This document shows positions 1 to 13,520 of a stretch of 64,000 nt of DNA, one piece after another (positions within the stretch are counted from its first letter, which is position 1; each line of letters starts with the position of its first letter). The position numbers and the translations under genes were made by a program. The notes under the pieces are model-generated. The model was not told where the DNA came from, searched no databases, and saw only the letters and a program-made list of their open reading frames with translations. Source of the stretch: Octopus sinensis (taxonomy: Eukaryota). Location of the stretch: positions 8,618,001 to 8,682,000 of the forward strand of contig NC_043003.1 of the NCBI RefSeq assembly GCF_006345805.1, in the 5' to 3' direction.

Positions 1-509
1 CATGCACTTCTACACGGTACTCTATTAACTTGCTAAAGATAAACCTGACGTCATGCTGAACACAATAGGCATACAGATGTTTCCGATTCAGCCATGTGAC
101 GTGTCTTTACGAAGGAGACGGAAGACCACACTTAGAAATGAATGGAAGACATCCCTTAGTTAAAAACAAAACATAAAGCACAGCTAAAAGTTAAAGACCT
201 CATCACCGCCGCTGCCGCCGCCACCACCACCATCACCACTACCACACTGGCGTGTTAAGCATTGTGCGTGTGCGAGCTATATGCTTTGCGTGCGTGCGTG
301 GGTGAATTGGAGTTGATCGGTCTTCAAACATTTTATTTCTTTGAGTTATTGGAATAAAAGACGAAATGTCATAAAATTGAAATTCAATCCGTTCCATTTC
401 ATAAACAAGTAGCACAACTGATAAACAGACACTCACACTCACACTGACGCCCACTCACACTCACACACACACACAGAGTCTAGTCAAATTAACAGAACCA
501 GAAGATAAA

Positions 510-930
510 GATCGTCCTCTCATCGTCATCATCCGGTAAAATTTGTTCGGACATTTTAAATCCGCACACGTCATCCGCACACGTCATCCGCACACGTCAT
601 CCGCCTCGGCCCTGCATTGAGGGAGGTCTTCTGGGTGGCATCCAGTGTCTGTGGTGATTGATCTACAATACATTGTGTTCAGATGACCTGCTCGAGTACG
701 GCCATGCTTTGGCATCCATAGCAGTAGACCACTTGCCAGCTCTTGTTTAGCTCGCCAGCGTTGTCCTGCAAAGCGCATGTGCTTTTCCCTTATAATGGCG
801 GAAAAAAGGCAGATCTCCAAACTGCTGTTTCGTGATGGGATAAGTCCTCCAGGATATGATTAAGATCACTTATAACTGTTGTGATGGACGTCCCCAGGCG
901 AGAAGTGAGCTAGTCCACTACTAATAAACG
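510..930 (-). mobile_element. 3' fragment of RTE-clade LINE (decayed ORF2 C-terminus)
   Basis: Minus-strand translation LIISWRTYPITKQQFGDLP...IREKHMRFAGQRWRAKQELASGLLLWMPKHGRTRAG...DTGCHPEDLP resembles RTE ORF2 C-termini (LNISW..HPT...LYGDLP; RLRFAGHC.R; LLLW.P.HG). Ends in short tandem repeats (tgtgcggatgacg x3). Confidence 0.75.
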
Positions 931-1068
931 TGGTTTCTTGTTCAGTCCCACTGTGAAGCATTTTGGACAAGTCTACTCTATTATAAACCCAGGCAGACCA
1001 ATGTCGTTTGAGTGGATTTGGTTGACAGAAACTGTGTTTAAGCCTGACATATATATATATGGTGTCAT

Positions 1069-1118
<50 letters not shown>

Positions 1119-1404
1119 TCCCTTATCGCTTGACAATATACTGTGCTGGTTTGTTTACGCTCTTGTATATTCGCAGATCGACAAAAGAAACTGATAGATT
1201 AAGTAGCAATCTTTCAAAAAAAAAACCCCAAAGAAATACGATTAAGCTCTTCAAGACGGTGCCCCAGCTTGGTCGCAGTCCAATGACTGAAAGAAATAAA
1301 CGATAAAAGATGCATACGCAAACACACACCCTTACAATTATATACGCTTATGTATCCTATATATCTTAACGCCTCTCGATTAATATATATATATATATAT
1401 ATAT

Positions 1405-1570
1405 AGGTGCAGGAGTGGCTGTGTGGTAAGTAGCTTGCTTACCAACCACATGGTTGCGGGTTCAGTCCCACTGCGTGGCACCTTGGGCAAGTGTCTTCTA
1501 CTATAGCTCGGGCCGACCAAAGCCTTGTGAGTGGATTTGGTAGACAGAAACTGAAAGAAGCCCGTCGTAT
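1405..1570 (+). mobile_element. tRNA-derived SINE family B, 5' half followed by (TA)n/(TG)n
   Basis: ggtgcaggagtggctgtgtggtaag (A-box-like) ... gggttcagtccc (B-box-like) ... ccttgggcaagtgtc (CORE-like motif). Many copies in window. Confidence 0.8.
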
Positions 1571-1595
1571 ATATGTATATATATATATATATAAC

Positions 1596-1832
<237 letters not shown>

Positions 1833-1842
1833 ATACATGAAC

Positions 1843-2034
1843 AATTGCAGCGTGGAAGATGTTTGTAAGCTATTTGTAAACCATTTAAGAACATACAAAA
1901 ACCGTTTGTTTCACTTCATCATTTAAATTAAATTTCTGCGAAAATATTTTCGTCGAGAAATTTAAATGTTGAAGTGAAACTAATGGTTTTTGTGTGTTCT
2001 TAAATTGCTTACAAACATCTTCCACGGTGCAATC
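1843..2034. repeat. Fold-back inverted repeat (~75-87 bp arms, ~28 nt loop)
   Basis: attgcagcgtggaagatgtttgtaagc...atttaagaacatacaaaaacc...catttaaatt versus aatttaaatg...ggtttttgtgtgttcttaaattgcttacaaacatcttccacggtgcaat. Confidence 0.8.
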
Positions 2035-2615
2035 ATTTTTGTTTCAGCACACGATCTCAGATCAAGTCACTATCTATTCAAGTACTTCTCCGTAATGTAT
2101 ATATATATATATATGTATGTATGTGTATAAAATATAATTAAGATTCATTTGAATTAGGTCCTTAAATTAAGGCCCCTTGCCAGTTCGGTACAGTCCATAC
2201 TGCCCAACAATATCATTTGACTGTTGAATATCAAGACTCCGTGTAGGGGTGTTTGTACCTAATATTCCAGTTGTGTATGCAAACAACGCAACCCAATTAA
2301 GTGAATATATCGGCTCTTGGTAATTCAGATATGTACTTTTTATAAAGGCACCTTCTATAGTATTTCTGAAGTGCAGATTCCCAGTGAAACAGAACCAATG
2401 CGTGTGTTTATTATTGGCATAATGACCCTCCCAACATAAAACAGGTTATATTTTAAAATCTCGTCTATAGACACGTTTATGTGTATGTGTAAGAAATACA
2501 TTCCGTCGAGGTCGACATTGCCCTTCAACCCCTCGGGGTCGATAAATCAAGTACCTGTTGCATACTGGCGCCGATCCAATCGACTGGCTCCTTCCCCCAA
2601 ATTTCGGGCCCTATA

Positions 2616-2937
2616 ATTAGAGTAGAAAATAATTATATAGCATTTATGATTTCTACATTTGTGCCTCAGTCTGGTTCCTTTTTACAGCTAGATAGACTGA
2701 ACCAACAGATCTGTCTTTGTCAGAGACATTTAATCTTCAGCCATTTAGCCATGAATCCAATCAAAGTCAATTCTGCCCACCGTCCTTCAGGAGATCGGTA
2801 TATAAAGAATGGACAGTTATTGCCTAGAATGCAGTTAATCATATGCCTGTCCAATTAGGATCGACCTGGGACTAAACAACAGTAGTTCTGTTCCAAACAG
2901 TTTTCATGCACCGTGCCAGAATGGATTTCATGTAACT
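2616..2937 (+). repeat. Copy 1 of a ~320-bp local direct duplication (copy 2 at 4227-4548)
   Basis: Both begin attagagtagaaaataattat and end atggatttcatgtaact, roughly 90% alike by eye. Confidence 0.85.
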
Positions 2938-2949
2938 ATATGGCGACAT

Positions 2950-3512
2950 TGAAGGCGGCGAGCTGACAGAAACGTTACGTCCTGAATTCAAATTCCACCG
3001 AGGTCGACTTTGCCTTTCATCCTTTCGGGGACGATAAATTAAGTACCAGTTACGCACTGGGGTTGATGTAATCGACTTAATCCGTTTGTCTGTCCTTGTT
3101 TGTCCTCTCTGTGTTTAGTCCCTTGTGGGTAGTAAAGAAATAGGTATTTCGTCTGTCTTTATGTTCTGAGTTCAAATTCCACCGAGGTCGACTTTGCCTT
3201 TCATCCTTTCGAGGTCGATAAATAAAGTACCAATTTTGCACTGGGGTCGATGTAATCGACTTAATCCGTTTGTCTGTCCTTGTTTGTCCTCTCTGTGTTT
3301 AGCCCCTTGTGGGTAGTAAAGAAATAGGTATTTCGTCTGTCTTTATGTTCTGAGTTGAAACTCCACAGAGGTCGACTTTGCCTTTCATCCTTTCGTGGTC
3401 GATTAAATAAGTACCAATGACGCACTGGGGTCGATGTAATCGACTTAATCCCTTTTGTCTGTCCTTCTTTGTCCTCTCTGTGTTTAGCCCCCTGTGGGCA
3501 ATAAAGAAATAT
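2950..3512 (+). mobile_element. SINE family A, head plus 3 tandem body units
   Basis: ggcggcgagctgacagaaacg head; repeated ttcaaattccaccgaggtcgactttgcctttcatcctttcggggtcgataaa...cccttgtgggtagtaaagaaataggt. Confidence 0.85.
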
Positions 3513-3960
3513 GGCGAGAGTGGAAAAAAGACTAAGATAAGTTTAATTTCTCCCACTCTTTTTTTTTTTAAATAAATATTTTATTTAAATTCAAAATATT
3601 TTATTTAGATATTAATATATCAGTCTCGTATATTTTCTTCCATAAATACTTTACTCTAGCTGTCTCTTTTTTTTTCATCTGAAAGGAGACAAGACCGTCT
3701 CTTTTTTTTTTATCAGAAAGGAGACAAGACCATTATATAATATACTGTCATCGGATTGGCTTTCCAGATGTTAAACCTGTTTTCTGACATACTGCAAGTT
3801 CAAGGTTCTGAGGCTCAGTGTACTTTGATGCAAACAGGTTTCTCCAGAGTGTACTGGCAAGGACTTTGTCATTTGATATCAAACACTCATCATACGATAA
3901 TACAGCAGCATTAAAGTGAAATACAAGCTCATGTATGGCTTCTTGATTTTGTGTGAGGTC

Positions 3961-4050
3961 TTGTTGAAAGGCAGGTCAGTCCTCCTTCGTAAGAAGGTGG
4001 GCAGGCCTCACGATCTGTCTAACTGGCGACCACTTACGATTTGCTCCGCG
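3961..4050 (+). mobile_element. Short RT N-terminal fragment of an RLE-type (R2/R4/NeSL-like) non-LTR element
   Basis: Frame from 3961 reads LLKGRSVLLRKKVGRPHDLSNWRPLTICS, matching the R(T/S)VLIPKK...D..NWRPITI motif. Short, so confidence is moderate. Confidence 0.5.
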
Positions 4051-4226
4051 GACATGGAGATAGATAGATATATCTATATACAGACGTATACATAAGGATA
4101 TGTATACATGTGTGTAGCGGAATGAATGGGGATGTAGATATGTAAGTTAATCGAAGTACTTTGCTATTCACTGTTAACAATTAGAAATAGATACCTACAA
4201 ACTATGTTAGCGTGTATATGGGTATG

Positions 4227-4548
4227 ATTAGAGTAGAAAATAATTATAAAGCATTTATAATTTCTACATTTGTGCCTCAGTCTGGTTCCTGTTTACAGCT
4301 AGATAGACTGAACCAACAGATCTTTCTTTGTCAGAGACATTCAATCTTCAGCCATTTAGCTATGAATCCAATCAAAGTCAATTTTGCCCATCGTCCTTCC
4401 GGAGATCGGTATATAAAGAATGGACAGTTATGACTTAGAATGCAGTTGATAATATGTCTTTCCAATTAGGATCGACCTGGGACTAAACAGCAGTAGTTCT
4501 GTTCCAAACACTTTTCATGCACCATGCCAGAATGGATTTCATGTAACT
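4227..4548 (+). repeat. Copy 2 of the ~320-bp duplication
   Basis: See 2616-2937. Also followed directly by a family A SINE head (4552-4750). Confidence 0.85.
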
Positions 4549-5085
4549 CTTCAAGGCGGTGAGCTGGCAGAAACGTTAGCACGCCGGGCGAAATGCGTAG
4601 CCGTATTTCGTCTGCCGTTACGTTCTGAGTTCAAATTCCGCCGAGGTCGACTTTGCCTTTCATCCTTTCGGGGTCGATAAATTAAGTACCAGTGACGCAC
4701 TGGGGTCGATGTAATCGACTTAACCTCTTTTGTCTGTCCTTCTTTGTCCTTGTATTTGGAATGTATATGCGCACACACTTGTAGACACACATACACACTC
4801 GCGGACACGACACACACACACTCGCAGACACCATACACACACATTCATGTTTTAATATTTGTGCATATGTTGATAAAATTACATGTGTGTGTGTACGTTT
4901 ATATATGTCTACATGTATACATATGTGAGAGTGTTTGTATGAATATTTGTATGTACACACACACAGTATATATATATATAAAGTTAATCCAAACATGAAA
5001 ACACAAAGAGAAAACCCAACAACGCGAGGACGTGGAACAAGTATAGTGTTATTGGACGCTCAGGAAAGGAAAGAAAGAAAGAGGA

Positions 5086-5118
5086 TTTAACGTTTCGAGC
5101 GGAGCTCTTCCTCAGAAA
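5086..5118 (-). ncRNA. Minimal type I hammerhead-like motif (family alpha)
   Basis: Minus strand TTT-CTGAGGA-A-GAGC(tcc)GCTC-GAAAC-GTT-AAA. Confidence 0.55.
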
Positions 5119-5272
5119 CATAGAGAAATGAAAGGTCCATTTCTCTATGAAAGGGAAGACGGAGAAAAAATCGTCAACGATACGCACGCGGTCACATATT
5201 GAACTGTGTGTATATACTTACAAATATTCATACCAACATACATACATATATATATATATATATACGTACATG

Positions 5273-5340
<68 letters not shown>

Positions 5341-5396
5341 CATACATACATACATACATACATACATACATACATACATACATACATACATACATG

Positions 5397-5442
<46 letters not shown>

Positions 5443-5759
5443 ATATTGATGTATATACATCTATATACGCACACATACGCATACACATATGAATATTTAT
5501 CATCATTTACAATACATTATTCATCAATTCAGATGTTTATTGTAATTTTACAATGATAGAATAATAAATTTATAATGCCGGAATAAATACATAAATGTAA
5601 TGACGTATGTATTTATATAAATATATTGACCGATGATGCTCTTGCGAGACTTACCGAAACACACACACACAAACACACACACAGACACATACACACAGAC
5701 AGACACACACACAGACACACACGCATACACACACACATACACACACACACACACACACC

Positions 5760-5794
<35 letters not shown>

Positions 5795-6255
5795 CACACA
5801 CACGCCTGGATACGTGCGGCTGAACGCACAGACGTACACCACCGAAAGTGCACGTCCAAATGAATGCTCACATACATACACACATAATATATTCATATAT
5901 GCATGCATACATACATACACATACATACATACATACATACATACATACATACATACAGTTAACTCGTAGCTGAGTAAGGCCCTCACTGACAAATAATGTT
6001 ATCCTAGATATTAAAGTTTAAAGTCAATAAAAGCTTGCACAATACTGAAAAGACTCTCGTTACGAAGCCAATTAGTCCAGAAGCAAAGAAGAGGAAGAGC
6101 TCAAGTTACGCAACAAGTCGGGTATTGTTTCGGAATTTCTCTTCTAGAGGAATATCCGGGGCGCAACGGCCATTTAAAAATGTAGGGCCGCGTCCGCCGG
6201 GAGTCGAACTCAAATCGACTGTTCAGAAAGCTACATCATAAAATTTTAAACTACC

Positions 6256-7225
6256 TATTTCTTTACTACCCACAAGGGGCTAAACACAAAAGGGGACAAA
6301 CAAGGACAGACAAACGGATTAAGTCGATTACATCGATTCCAGTGCGTAACTGGTACTTAATTTATCGACCCCGAAAGGATGAAAGGCAAAGTCGACCTCG
6401 GCGGAATTTGAACTCAGAACGCAAACACAGACGAAATACCTATTTCTTTACTACCCACAAGGGGCTAAACACAGAGGGGACAAACAAGGACAGACAAACG
6501 GATTAAGTCGATTACATCGATTCCAGTGCGTAACTGGTACTTAATTTATCGACCCCGAAAGGATGAAAGGCAAAGTCGACCTCGGCGGAATTTGAACTCA
6601 GAACGTAAACACAGACGAAATACCCATTTCTTTACTACCCACAAGGGGCTAAACACAGAGGGGACAAATAAGGACAGACAAACGGATTAAGTCGATTACA
6701 TCGATTCCAGTGCGTAACTGGTACTTAATTTATCGACCCCGAAAGGATGAAAGGCAAAGTCGACCTCGGCGGAATTTGAACTCAGAACGCAAACACAGAC
6801 GAAATACCTATTTCTTTACTACCCACAAGGGGCTAAACACAGAGGGGACAAACAAGGACAGACAAACGGATTAAGTCGATTACATCGATTCCAGTGCGTA
6901 ACTGGTACTTAATTTATCGACCCCGAAAGGATGAAAGGCAAAGTCGACCTCGGCGGAATTTGAACTCAGAACGTAAATACAGACGAAATACCTATTTCTT
7001 TACTACCCACAAGGGGCTAAACACAGAGGGGACAAACAAGGACAGACAAACGGATTAAGTCGATTACATCGATTCCAGTGCGTAACTGGTACTTAATTTA
7101 TCGACCCCGAAAGGATGAAAGGCAAAGTCGACCTCGGCGGAATTTGAACTCAGAACGTAAATACAGACGAAATACTGCTGAGCATTTTGCCCGGCGTGCT
7201 AACGTTTCTGCCAGCTCGCCGCTTT
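6256..7225 (-). mobile_element. SINE family A tandem array: one head plus five ~184-bp units, flanked by a 17-bp TSD
   Basis: Unit starts at 6256, 6441, 6625, 6809, 6993; head about 7170-7225; TAAAATTTTAAACTACC at 6239-6255 and 7226-7242. Confidence 0.9.
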
Positions 7226-8344
7226 TAAAATTTTAAACTACCGACGCCTTGTTGAACAAGTTGGAAGAGCGTATCATTTTTTGTTTCACAGGAAGAGAGA
7301 AACTTAAACCAGAGACGCAGCATCGTTGTGGACGATATGAAACAAAAATATAGATGATATGAAAGATAATCTTGACCTGGTTATGATATTCCCATAGGAA
7401 ACGATGAAGTGTCGTCATGAGAAATGTTCTTATTCGATTCTAAAACAAAGAAAAAATGTATACGAGCACAGAAACATTTCTCGTATTTATTATCCGGCTA
7501 TTTTTCAAGTATTTTTCGAAGAATCCTATAGATACCAAACGGCAAATGAAAATATTTCGTATGATGGTATTTGTGATAAAGAAAGCAAACTTAAAGAATA
7601 TTATGGAGATGAACAAAATATTTTCATCAGCGCTTACTGTACACAATCTTTTGAATCAGAAAGATTTGATTTGCCATAAAAACGGACACTATGTATGTAT
7701 GTATGTATGTATGTATGTATGTATGTATGTATGTATGTATGTATGTATGGATGGATGGATGGATGGATGTCATTATTCAGTTTATTTCGAGATTGCTTGC
7801 CAATAGAGAAAGATAGAGTTGTATGTATGTATGTATGTATATATGTATGTATGTATGTATGTATGTACGTATGTATGTAAGTATGTATTTATGTATATAT
7901 GTATGTATGCATGTGTGTGTGTCTTTTTATGTTTGTATATATTTATGTATATAAATATGTATATGTACATACATATATATACATATACTTTATTTAAAAG
8001 TACTCTACCTCTGGTATTTGAGTACTCTTTTTTCCACCTTGTTTCACATTTATGTGCTTACTCCGATACATATACATATATACATATACATTTACACACA
8101 GATTCATACATATATATATGAATGTATGAATGCTTGCATGTGAGTGTGTAATTACGTGCGTATGTATGTATATATGTATGTCTGCATGTATGTATGTACG
8201 TATGTATGTATGCATGCATGCATGTATGTATATACATAAATCATAAGTATCTAATTCGTATCGATATCTGAAGTTCAAAAGTTGTTCAAAATTCCTTTTC
8301 ATCGGCTTTGAAGGATAATTTATATATATGTATCATATATATAT

Positions 8345-8393
<49 letters not shown>

Positions 8394-8469
8394 TAATATA
8401 GGATGACGTCTTTTACAGAAAAAATTCCATCAAAAATTTTAAAGCTATATATATATATATATATATATT

Positions 8470-9770
8470 AGGGTTATGACTTTTTGATTTTCATTGTAAA
8501 GTAAGAAATTTCCTGTATCAAAAATCGATGAACAATTTTATATAAGTAGAGAAGATAACCTTTATTTTAAGTTGTTTTTAAAAAAAACATCACCCCCAAC
8601 TAACACCAATTTTGTCCTAAATCATGCAAAATTTTAGGGAGGAGGGGTTCATAAGGCCTTCTCAACTTTTTACCAAACTTGGTGAATGGCTATGCAGTGA
8701 GGATAGAAGGTTATATTATCTTCAAATTGAAAGCAAGGGAAAGATTGAGTATGCAAATCAACCCATCCAAAAGAAGAAAAGTGTCCTTAATGTCATCTTC
8801 AACCAGAACAACTCCAGTCTCAACGTCAACGTCTGAAGCAGACACTGAAAGTGAATATCAAGAGTCCGAAAAATCAGATGACGAATTCACACAGACAAGG
8901 AAACTGAAACTGCAACCAAGTTAGTAATATCTTCCAAGCTTTAACCCAAACAGCAGCAACAGTTTGTCGACAATTATCTCATGATGGAATCAATGTCGCG
9001 ACTCCTTTTCAATTCGGTATTTATAGATCGACTCTCAAAGAAGATGTTAAACTAAAAAGAAAATGAAGAAAACACTACATTTAGAAAAGTGATCATTGCA
9101 TTTTGATGGTAAACGTATTGATGACCAAGAATACCAAGTGCTAGTTTTAAAGAATGAACAGCGAAAAGTTAAGTTAGACGCACTCCAATTACCAAAGCGA
9201 GAAGCCGATGCTGTTGTGAAAGGAATAGCAGCTGTTTTAGTAGAATGCAATTTATGGAACTGTTTAAAGATGATTGTCGCTGATAAAATGAGTGTGAACA
9301 CTGGGGGAAAATGGCATTGTCATTCAGTTGCAAAGACTGTTTGCTCAAAAGGGTTTGAAAGAACCGCAATTTGTTGGTTGACAGCAGTTCTTCGTGTTGT
9401 AATGGATAACGAACTTGGAGAAAAAAGTCATCTCCCAATATTGAATATACATTCATTCAAGAGATTCTAAGTAATTACGAGAAAATCCAGACTAATTTCA
9501 ACTATGGTGAAGAAAGGATTACTGAATTAGCAGCGTGGCAAGATGACATGAAATTTCTATTTCATTTGACCAAACTTTTTCGTTTCTTCGAAGAAACCGG
9601 AAAATTTCCTACTGTAAAGTTTCAAAAAATACCCAACTTAAGTAATGCAAGATGGAATTCATGAGCAATACTAACTCTTTTGGCATGTATTCTTCTATCA
9701 GAGAACATAGTTTTACTCTTCAATGAATGTTCATCGATTCATCTCTTACAACTGGACAGATTTTTGGTAT
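8470..9770 (+). mobile_element. Decayed hAT-superfamily (hATm-like) transposase relic
   Basis: Fragments HFDGKRIDDQEYQVLVLKNE...MIVADKMSVNTG, EPQFVG, SPNIEY, WQDDMKFLFHLTK.FRFFEETGKFP..KFQKIPNLSNARWNS. Multiple stops and frameshifts; TIRs not confirmed. Confidence 0.7.
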
Positions 9771-10425
9771 CCTGACTGAAGAAAGGCCACGAATGACTCA
9801 TGCTATTTTTTCCCTGTCCTTCTAATTGTTGCTTCTCATGTCCGCCTTTGTATCGTCTATCCGTCCGAATGTTTTATTGCCCTCTATTGCGTTTACCCCC
9901 CGAGACACAAGTCCGGGCAAGGTTGTTTATGAATTTCAGTACTTTGTTAGCTCCTGGGTGGGACAAAATATATTTTGTCAGACTCGTGTCTATGGATTAA
10001 TCATATTAACACTCAAATTTCTGACGTTGAGTTCATTGCTCTAAGTGCACTCGATCAGGTTGTAACGACCTTGTCGCACCCAGGATTGCATACATATATG
10101 CATAAATACCTATTAATATACATGAATACATATATAAATATATACATGCGCGCACACATGCGTACATGCACACACGCACACATGCGTACATGCACACACG
10201 CACACACACACACACACACACATAATTACAAAGACTGCATCCTGGTGATTCTTTAAAGCAATCATTGACATAAGCGAAATTTGAAACCACACTCCTTTTT
10301 AGTAATAAATGTACTCTGTCGTTGGTTTTAAGCTTTTCCATCCGTGAACAGTTTACTGGTATTTATCCTTTATCAACCCATATCAGATTAGTTGACCTCT
10401 GCCTGTCTGCCTGTCTGTCTGCCTA

Positions 10426-10514
<89 letters not shown>

Positions 10515-11489
10515 TTACGCCGGCCTTTTCTAGTTTCCTTCTACCAAATCCACCCATAAGGTTTTGGTCAACCCGTGGCTATAGTAGAAGACACTTGCTC
10601 AAAGTGATATGCATTGAGGTTGAACCCGGAACTATGTGTTGAGAAGCAAGCTTCTTACCACACAACCGAATATACACACACATACACACACATACATACA
10701 CACGCACACACACACACATACACACATACACGCACATATACATACACACGCACACACACACACATACACATACACACATACACACATACACGCACATATA
10801 CATACACCTCACACACATATCTTTCTATGTATATTTGTGTGTGTATGTGAAATTCTACGTGATGCGTGTATATCTCTCTGCTTGCCTGATAATACATTTA
10901 CATATCTAATCTTTTCAACAACTTCCCACGGAGATGATTATACAAGCTTAACGTTTCCTTTTCGAGTTTCACACATCCTAAAAAATTACTGAAGCTGATA
11001 TGCAAAATGTTCCGAAGTGAACGCACACATGACTTTTCAATTCACTTAGGAATAACAAGAATCCCTAAGATTTCCCTTTTGGTTGATTCAACGAACACTT
11101 CATTGGGCAACATTTTAAAGATATATTTATTTCCAACGTGTAGCTTTGAACCGATCCTCACTTTTGCTATTTATTCTAAATGAAACACGATCGCTATATA
11201 TCTTTGAGATTCCGTCGTCAGAAAATTTTTATAGATATTTTGTTCTAGAATTCAGCTTGTATATCAAATACGAACGGATCTTCTGCGCTTTTTTGTTTCA
11301 GAATTCAGCTTTCATATTAACGTATAGTCTGCGCTTTTACTTTTTGCCAAAGAAATCTTTTCTTAGTAATTCTATTGTTTTGCTATATCTTCTGCCAACA
11401 GAGTAATATAGTTTAAAAATCCATTAAAATTTCACTACATGAAGCTTTGATGTTTTTATCTATCAACTTTCAATAAATGATAACTCAAA

Positions 11490-11611
11490 GTTTACGGCCA
11501 TATCACATTGGAGATGTAGGCTCTCATCCCATCACCGCAGTTAATTAAGCAACGTCGAACCCAGTTAGTACTTAGATGGGAGACGCTAAGGAAAATCTAA
11601 ATACTGTAGGT
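11490..11611 (+). pseudogene. 5S rRNA pseudogene
   Basis: gtttacggccatatcacattgg...atcaccgcagttaattaagcaacgtcgaacccagttagtacttagatgggagacgc...tactgtaggt follows metazoan 5S end to end, with many substitutions and a 4-nt insertion; followed by aatgttttt. Confidence 0.8.
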
Positions 11612-11784
11612 AATGTTTTTGGTAAATGGCTGTGCCCCAACGTGGACGCTACCTTTGGTATGAAGCAGGTAAAGAATTAAAAGAATTACGACTTTCTTGA
11701 GTGGGTTTCGTCTATCATAGAACTTTCCAGTAACTATTGCCCTCGGGCCTACATCAGGAATAATTATTTGTCACTCAAAGACTC

Positions 11785-12105
11785 CCTTTGGTCATGAATG
11801 GCCATAGGATGGCACCTAGAAAGTTCCCCTCCGAGGCACAAGTTCGGGCAAGGTTGTTTTATGGAAGACCAGCAGTCGCCTATGCATACCAGCCTCCTCT
11901 CTCCACGCCACCAATGTTATCCAAGGGAAAGACAAAGGCTGATACAGCTTGGCACCAGTGATGTTACAATTCATTTCTACAGTTGAGTGAACGTGAAATA
12001 AAGTGTCTTGCTCAAGAACACAAAACACAGCCCAGTCTGGGAATCGAACTCACTACCTCATGATTGTGAGCCCGACGCTGTAACCACTGAGCCACGCGCT
12101 TTCAC
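11785..12105 (-). mobile_element. tRNA-derived CORE-like SINE family D
   Basis: Minus strand gcgcgtggctcagtggttacagcg...gagttcgattccc...ttcttgagcaagacactttatttcac. A body fragment recurs at about 9900-9930. Confidence 0.75.
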
Positions 12106-12944
12106 TACTATTAGTCACTTAGTCCTGTAAAAAGTTGAGTCGACTTTCGACGTCTCAAGACATTGATATCGCCCTTTCATCAATCGCAACTAAATAATTC
12201 TACAAAGCACTAATGGCGGAAGCTTGCCAAATATACCCGCCATCTAAGTTTCACTTTGTGCTGCCTCTGTGTCTTAAATGAGCCCAGAAGGATGAGTAAA
12301 TATTTTATTTGTTTACTTATCTAATGATTTATTTCCATTTGTTTTCCTCTCGGTATCAAATTCAAAGTGCTGTGAGATTTTCTAATTACACGAACACAAT
12401 AAATAAATTATGTAAATTTGTCAACAAATATTGTTTTTTTATGAACGCTGTCACCAATGTAGTTGCGTAGTTAGAAAGAAATTATATTTGAACAACCGGT
12501 TCGAAGCAATTTTCTTCGGTAGTTTGATCCGTAAGATTTGATTCAAACTCACTGTTTATTACCTCGGTTCATAATGTTCAGTTGAGAAAAGAAGGCTTGA
12601 ATGCAAACCATTCATTAGTGTAGAAATTTATGTATGTTCCATCTCAATTAACGCTCAATTGAGGAAGGCTTTGACTGTAAACCATTAATTAAACGACAAT
12701 GCTTGTTCTATACCACATCTCAATTATCCATATATGTTGCGCTCGACAATCATCAGTCCGTGCCGTCAACATATACCAACAATCTAAAAATTAGATATCA
12801 TTATTTTGGTCATGTTTCTTTTCGTAATTGATTATTCCCGTGTCTGTCTTCGTACTGCAAAAGCTATTAAATCAAGGAAGCGATTCACGGGGAAAAAAAA
12901 TTTCCCGAATGTTTTTTTTTTTCATTATTATAGTAAGTTATACG

Positions 12945-13520
12945 CACGTTCTTTTCTACTCTAGGCACAAGGCCCTAAATTTTGGGGAAGGGGGCCAGTC
13001 GATTAGATCGACTCCAGTACGCAGCTGGTACTTAATTTATCGACCTCGAAAGGATGAAAGGCAAAGTCGACCGCGGCGGAATTTGAACTCAGAACGTAAA
13101 GACAGACGAAATACCTATTTCTTTACTACCCACAAGGTGCTAAACACAGAGAGGACAAACAAGGATAGACAAACGGATTAAGTCGATTATATCAACCCCA
13201 GTGCGTAACTGGTACTTATTTAATCGACCCCGAAAGGATGAAAAGCAAAGTCGACCTCGGCGGAATTTGAACTCAGAACGTAGCGGCAGACGAAATACAG
13301 CTAAGCATTTCGCCCGGTGTGCTAACGTTTCTTATTTCTTTATTACCCACAAGGGGCTAAACATAGTGGGGACAAACAAGGACAGACGAAGGGATTAACT
13401 CGATTAGATCGACGCCAGTGCGTAACTAGTACTTAATTTATCGACCCAGAAAGGATGAAAGACAAAATCGACCTCGGCGGAATTTGAACTCAGAATGTAA
13501 AGACAGACGAAGTACCTATT
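12945..13520 (-). mobile_element. SINE family A heterogeneous array (3-4 units, both tail types)
   Basis: Repeated gaaaggatgaaaggcaaagtcgacctcggcggaatttgaactcagaacg. Confidence 0.85.

Noticed and set aside
1405-1480. tRNA genes at SINE heads (families A-D)
   Set aside because: They have A/B boxes but no complete cloverleaf or acceptor stem, and they continue into SINE bodies.
6256-7225. CRISPR-like appearance of regularly spaced repeats
   Set aside because: The whole 184-bp unit repeats with no unique spacers and no cas genes, and the context is eukaryotic.
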